Assembly (NCBI GenBank): GCA_028023455.1
Contig: JAQFVV010000005.1
Location: 7,440,001 to 7,504,000, forward strand
DNA from: Epiperipatus broadwayi
Lineage: Eukaryota; Animalia; Onychophora
Direction: 5' to 3'
DNA: 64,000 nt
The position numbers and the translations under genes are program-made. The stretch's first letter is position 1. Each line of letters starts with the position of its first letter. Below the pieces are notes generated by a model. That model made no database searches. It was not told where the DNA came from and was given only the letters and a program-made list of their open reading frames with translations. Below, in pieces: positions 61,190-64,000 of the stretch.

Positions 61190-64000
61190 CGCCATTTTAT
61201 ATATAGAAGTTTAAAAAAAGAAGAAGTTATTTTGTGTGTGTTAGTGTAAGAATATTTATAACAAAGTTGTATGTAAGATTAATTGGTTTTTAGTAAGTCT
61301 GCTACTAAAGGTTTTTTTTTTTGTTTGTATGTAAGATGCTACTAAAGGTTTTTTTTTTTGTTTAATTTAAGAGCAGTGATTTATTTTGAGAAAAAAGATA
61401 ACATTTTGGAGGCCTAAGGTCGGAAAACACGTGGTTATAGATTTATCGGTTTTTGAAAGAAAGTAAAGTTTTTATCCTTCCGTGCAAGGGGATTTGAAGA
61501 GTAGGAGAGGCAGTATAAAGTCAAATAACGAATATGGATTGCATTTGTATTCCACAATGCATATATAATCGGCAGAAAGAAACTAGGCGTGCTCTGGTAG
61601 AAGATACCATGTGTGATGAGATTTATCACTTGAAATGTTTGAATAAGACTTGGAAGGATGTAACAGGTTTATGGTTATGTAGACAGTGTGTAAATGTGAT
61701 AAAAGAGATGAGAAAGTGGTTTTTAAGTGTAGATAGTCTAAAGAGAAAGGGGAAAGAGAGCAAAATGTAGTTGAGGGAGATAGGACAGAGTATGATTTTA
61801 GTAGAGTGTCAGGAGATATGGGTGGAAAAATTAGTAGTGCAATGGAAATGGTTAGCCAAAGAATAAGTAAGATAGAGGAAGAGGTGAAGGATGTAGAAGC
61901 AAAATTAAAATTGTTAGAGATGAAGTGTGAGCAGATAAAGGAATTATTGAGTAGGAATGATAAGGAAGAAGTAGATAAGGAGGTCCAGAAGGTGGTAGAA
62001 AATGTTATGGATGGAGCAGAGAAAGTAGACTATGAGACAGTATTGATAGGAGATTCACTAATTAGAGAATGTGGGGATATAATTGCAAGGGAAAATAGAA
62101 GCAGGTATGTAAGAGTATGTTTGCCTGGAGCTAGAATTAGGGATGTGACAGATAAAGTAAAAAAGCAAGGTAGTAGAGATGTGTATGTTATGGTAGGGAC
62201 TAATAATTTGTCAGAACCATCAGAGAGAGTAATGGATGAGTACGTAGAATTGATTAGGAATTTGAGTAAGATTAAAGGAAGAGTAGGGATAGTTGGATTA
62301 TTACCAAGATTTGACAAGAGGTATTTGTTAGATAGGGCATGTTCTATAAATGAGAGATTGAAAAAATTGTGTGAGAGAAATGATGTTATGTTTGTGGATG
62401 TGTGGGATTGGTTTATTGGAAAGAGGGAGTTATATAGTAAAGATGGATTGCACTTAGAAAAACAAGGAAGTGAAGTTTTAGGGAGTCTGATTTATAAAGA
62501 ATATAATTTGGGAAACTTATAAAAGGGGGTGGGGTTTTAAATTGCAGTATTATCAAAAAGAAGAAGAATGGATGGGATGTAAGAAATAAGCAAAGGGTAG
62601 TTGATTTAGATATAAGTGTAGATGTGGAGAGGGAATGGGTCTGTAAAATTAATGGTAAGCAAGTTATTTATAAACGTAATGGAGAAGAAAGAATCAAAAG
62701 AATTTATAAAAGAGTAGTTAGGAAAGAAGAAATTGTTAAAATTGGGTATTTGAATATGCAAGGTGGTAGGAGACCAGAAAAGTGGCTGGAATTAAACAAA
62801 GCAATTGAAAATGAAGAGCTTGAGGTATTAGCAGTAGTGGAAACAGTAGTGGAAACACATCTAAGAGAAGAAGAACCTATTCTGGAAGATTTGGTATGGC
62901 AGGATATAAATAGAAAAGAGAAAGAAAAAAGGGGTGGTGGTATAGGTGTTATATCAAAAAAAATATTTAAATACTGTTAAATGTCAAGAACATTTGTGGT
63001 TTGAAATAAGGTTGGGAAGACAAGAATGGATGGTGGCTATAGTTTATATAGCTACTGGAGATAGTCAAATTATAATGGAGTGGAACAGTAGCATATATGA
63101 ATGCCTAGTTAAGGATATACAGAGTTTTAAAGAAAAGGGGAAGAGAATAATGGTTATAGGAGATATGAATGGGCACATTGAAGAAATTGATGATGTAGAT
63201 AATAAGAATGGACAGCTTTTGAAGAAATTTTGTCAGAGAGTGAATTTGAGCATTGGAAATTTATCAAATATTTATGAGGGACAATACACATGGTCTAGAA
63301 ATAATATATTCCACACAATAGATTATGTATTGGTAGAGAAAGAGGGAATGAATAAAGTACGGAAAATTAAGGTGTTTGATAATGAAGAGAGAGTATGTAA
63401 TAGTGATCATAACTTCTTTGTAATAGAAATGGTTAGTAATGTGATGGAGAATAGAAATAAAAGTAGAAACAATAGTGAAAGATGTGGATGGAGAGTGAAT
63501 GATAAGAATAAGTTGGAAGAGTATAAAATACAAGTTGAAGAAACCATGGAAGAGTTGGTTGGGGATGAGTATAAGGACTGGTGTGATGAAATAGAAAAAG
63601 TGGCAAATAGGGTTTTAGGTGAGAATATTCAGAAGAATAAAAGTAATAAAAAAATGAGAGTTAGTAAAAATGTGAAAGAGGGGGGGGGGAAGCATGCAGA
63701 GAATATAAATGTGCTATTAAGAACAAAGAAAGTGAAAAAGATATTAATGCTAAATGGGAAAAGTACTTAAAAAAGAAGTTGGCTAAAATAGATAATTATA
63801 GAGAGAGAATGAAATTGAATAGTAAATTGTTGGAGGATATTAATAAAAGTGGAAGAGATGGGAGTAAAAAATTTTGGAATTACATTAAAAGGAGAAATGT
63901 AGGGGAGAGAGAGATAGTATTACTCGATGATGAAGGAATAGAGTGTAGCTCTAGAGAAGAATTAGAGAGAATCTTAAATAGATATGTAATGGATATAGAA
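61190..64000 (+). mobile_element. 5' part of a CR1/L2-like LINE: ORF1 (PHD finger, coiled coil, SGNH esterase) and ORF2 APE endonuclease; frameshifted; runs off the window
   Basis: PHD: CICIPQC...CDEIYHLKC...WLCRQC; SGNH: LIGDSL, CLPGA, VGTNN, DGLHL; APE: YLNMQG, AVVET, IGDMNGH, IDYVLV, SDHNF; cgccatttt motif near the presumed 5' end. Confidence 0.9.

Noticed and set aside
62030-63533. Minus-strand ORFs 62030-62317 and 63264-63533
   Set aside because: Antisense shadows of the purine-rich LINE ORFs.

Overview
AT-rich eukaryotic (invertebrate/arthropod-like, inferred from composition and repeat families) genomic window with no prokaryotic features. Host content: two paralogous, apparently single-exon C2H2 zinc-finger genes (4601-5665; 25858-26949, the latter frameshifted at its 3' end) in duplicated flanks, plus possible micro-exons of a long minus-strand gene. 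The rest is transposon-derived: a hAT (Charlie/SPIN-like) element with a nested 2.1-kb solo LTR, several RTE LINEs, CR1/L2-like LINE pieces (PHD + SGNH-esterase ORF1) and Penelope-like (PLE) RT/GIY-YIG remnants. The most striking signal is absent from the ORF track: at least four families of short non-coding insertions carrying minimal type-I hammerhead ribozyme (HHR) motifs, eight loci in total, most flanked by recognisable 10-18 bp target-site duplications. One is a near-dimer of a 422-nt unit (50100-50920, retrozyme-like). The others are head-to-head inverted copies with an asymmetric tail (449-nt family at five loci; two further families at 44626 and 48198). All alignments and folds were done by eye; boundaries of decayed elements are approximate.
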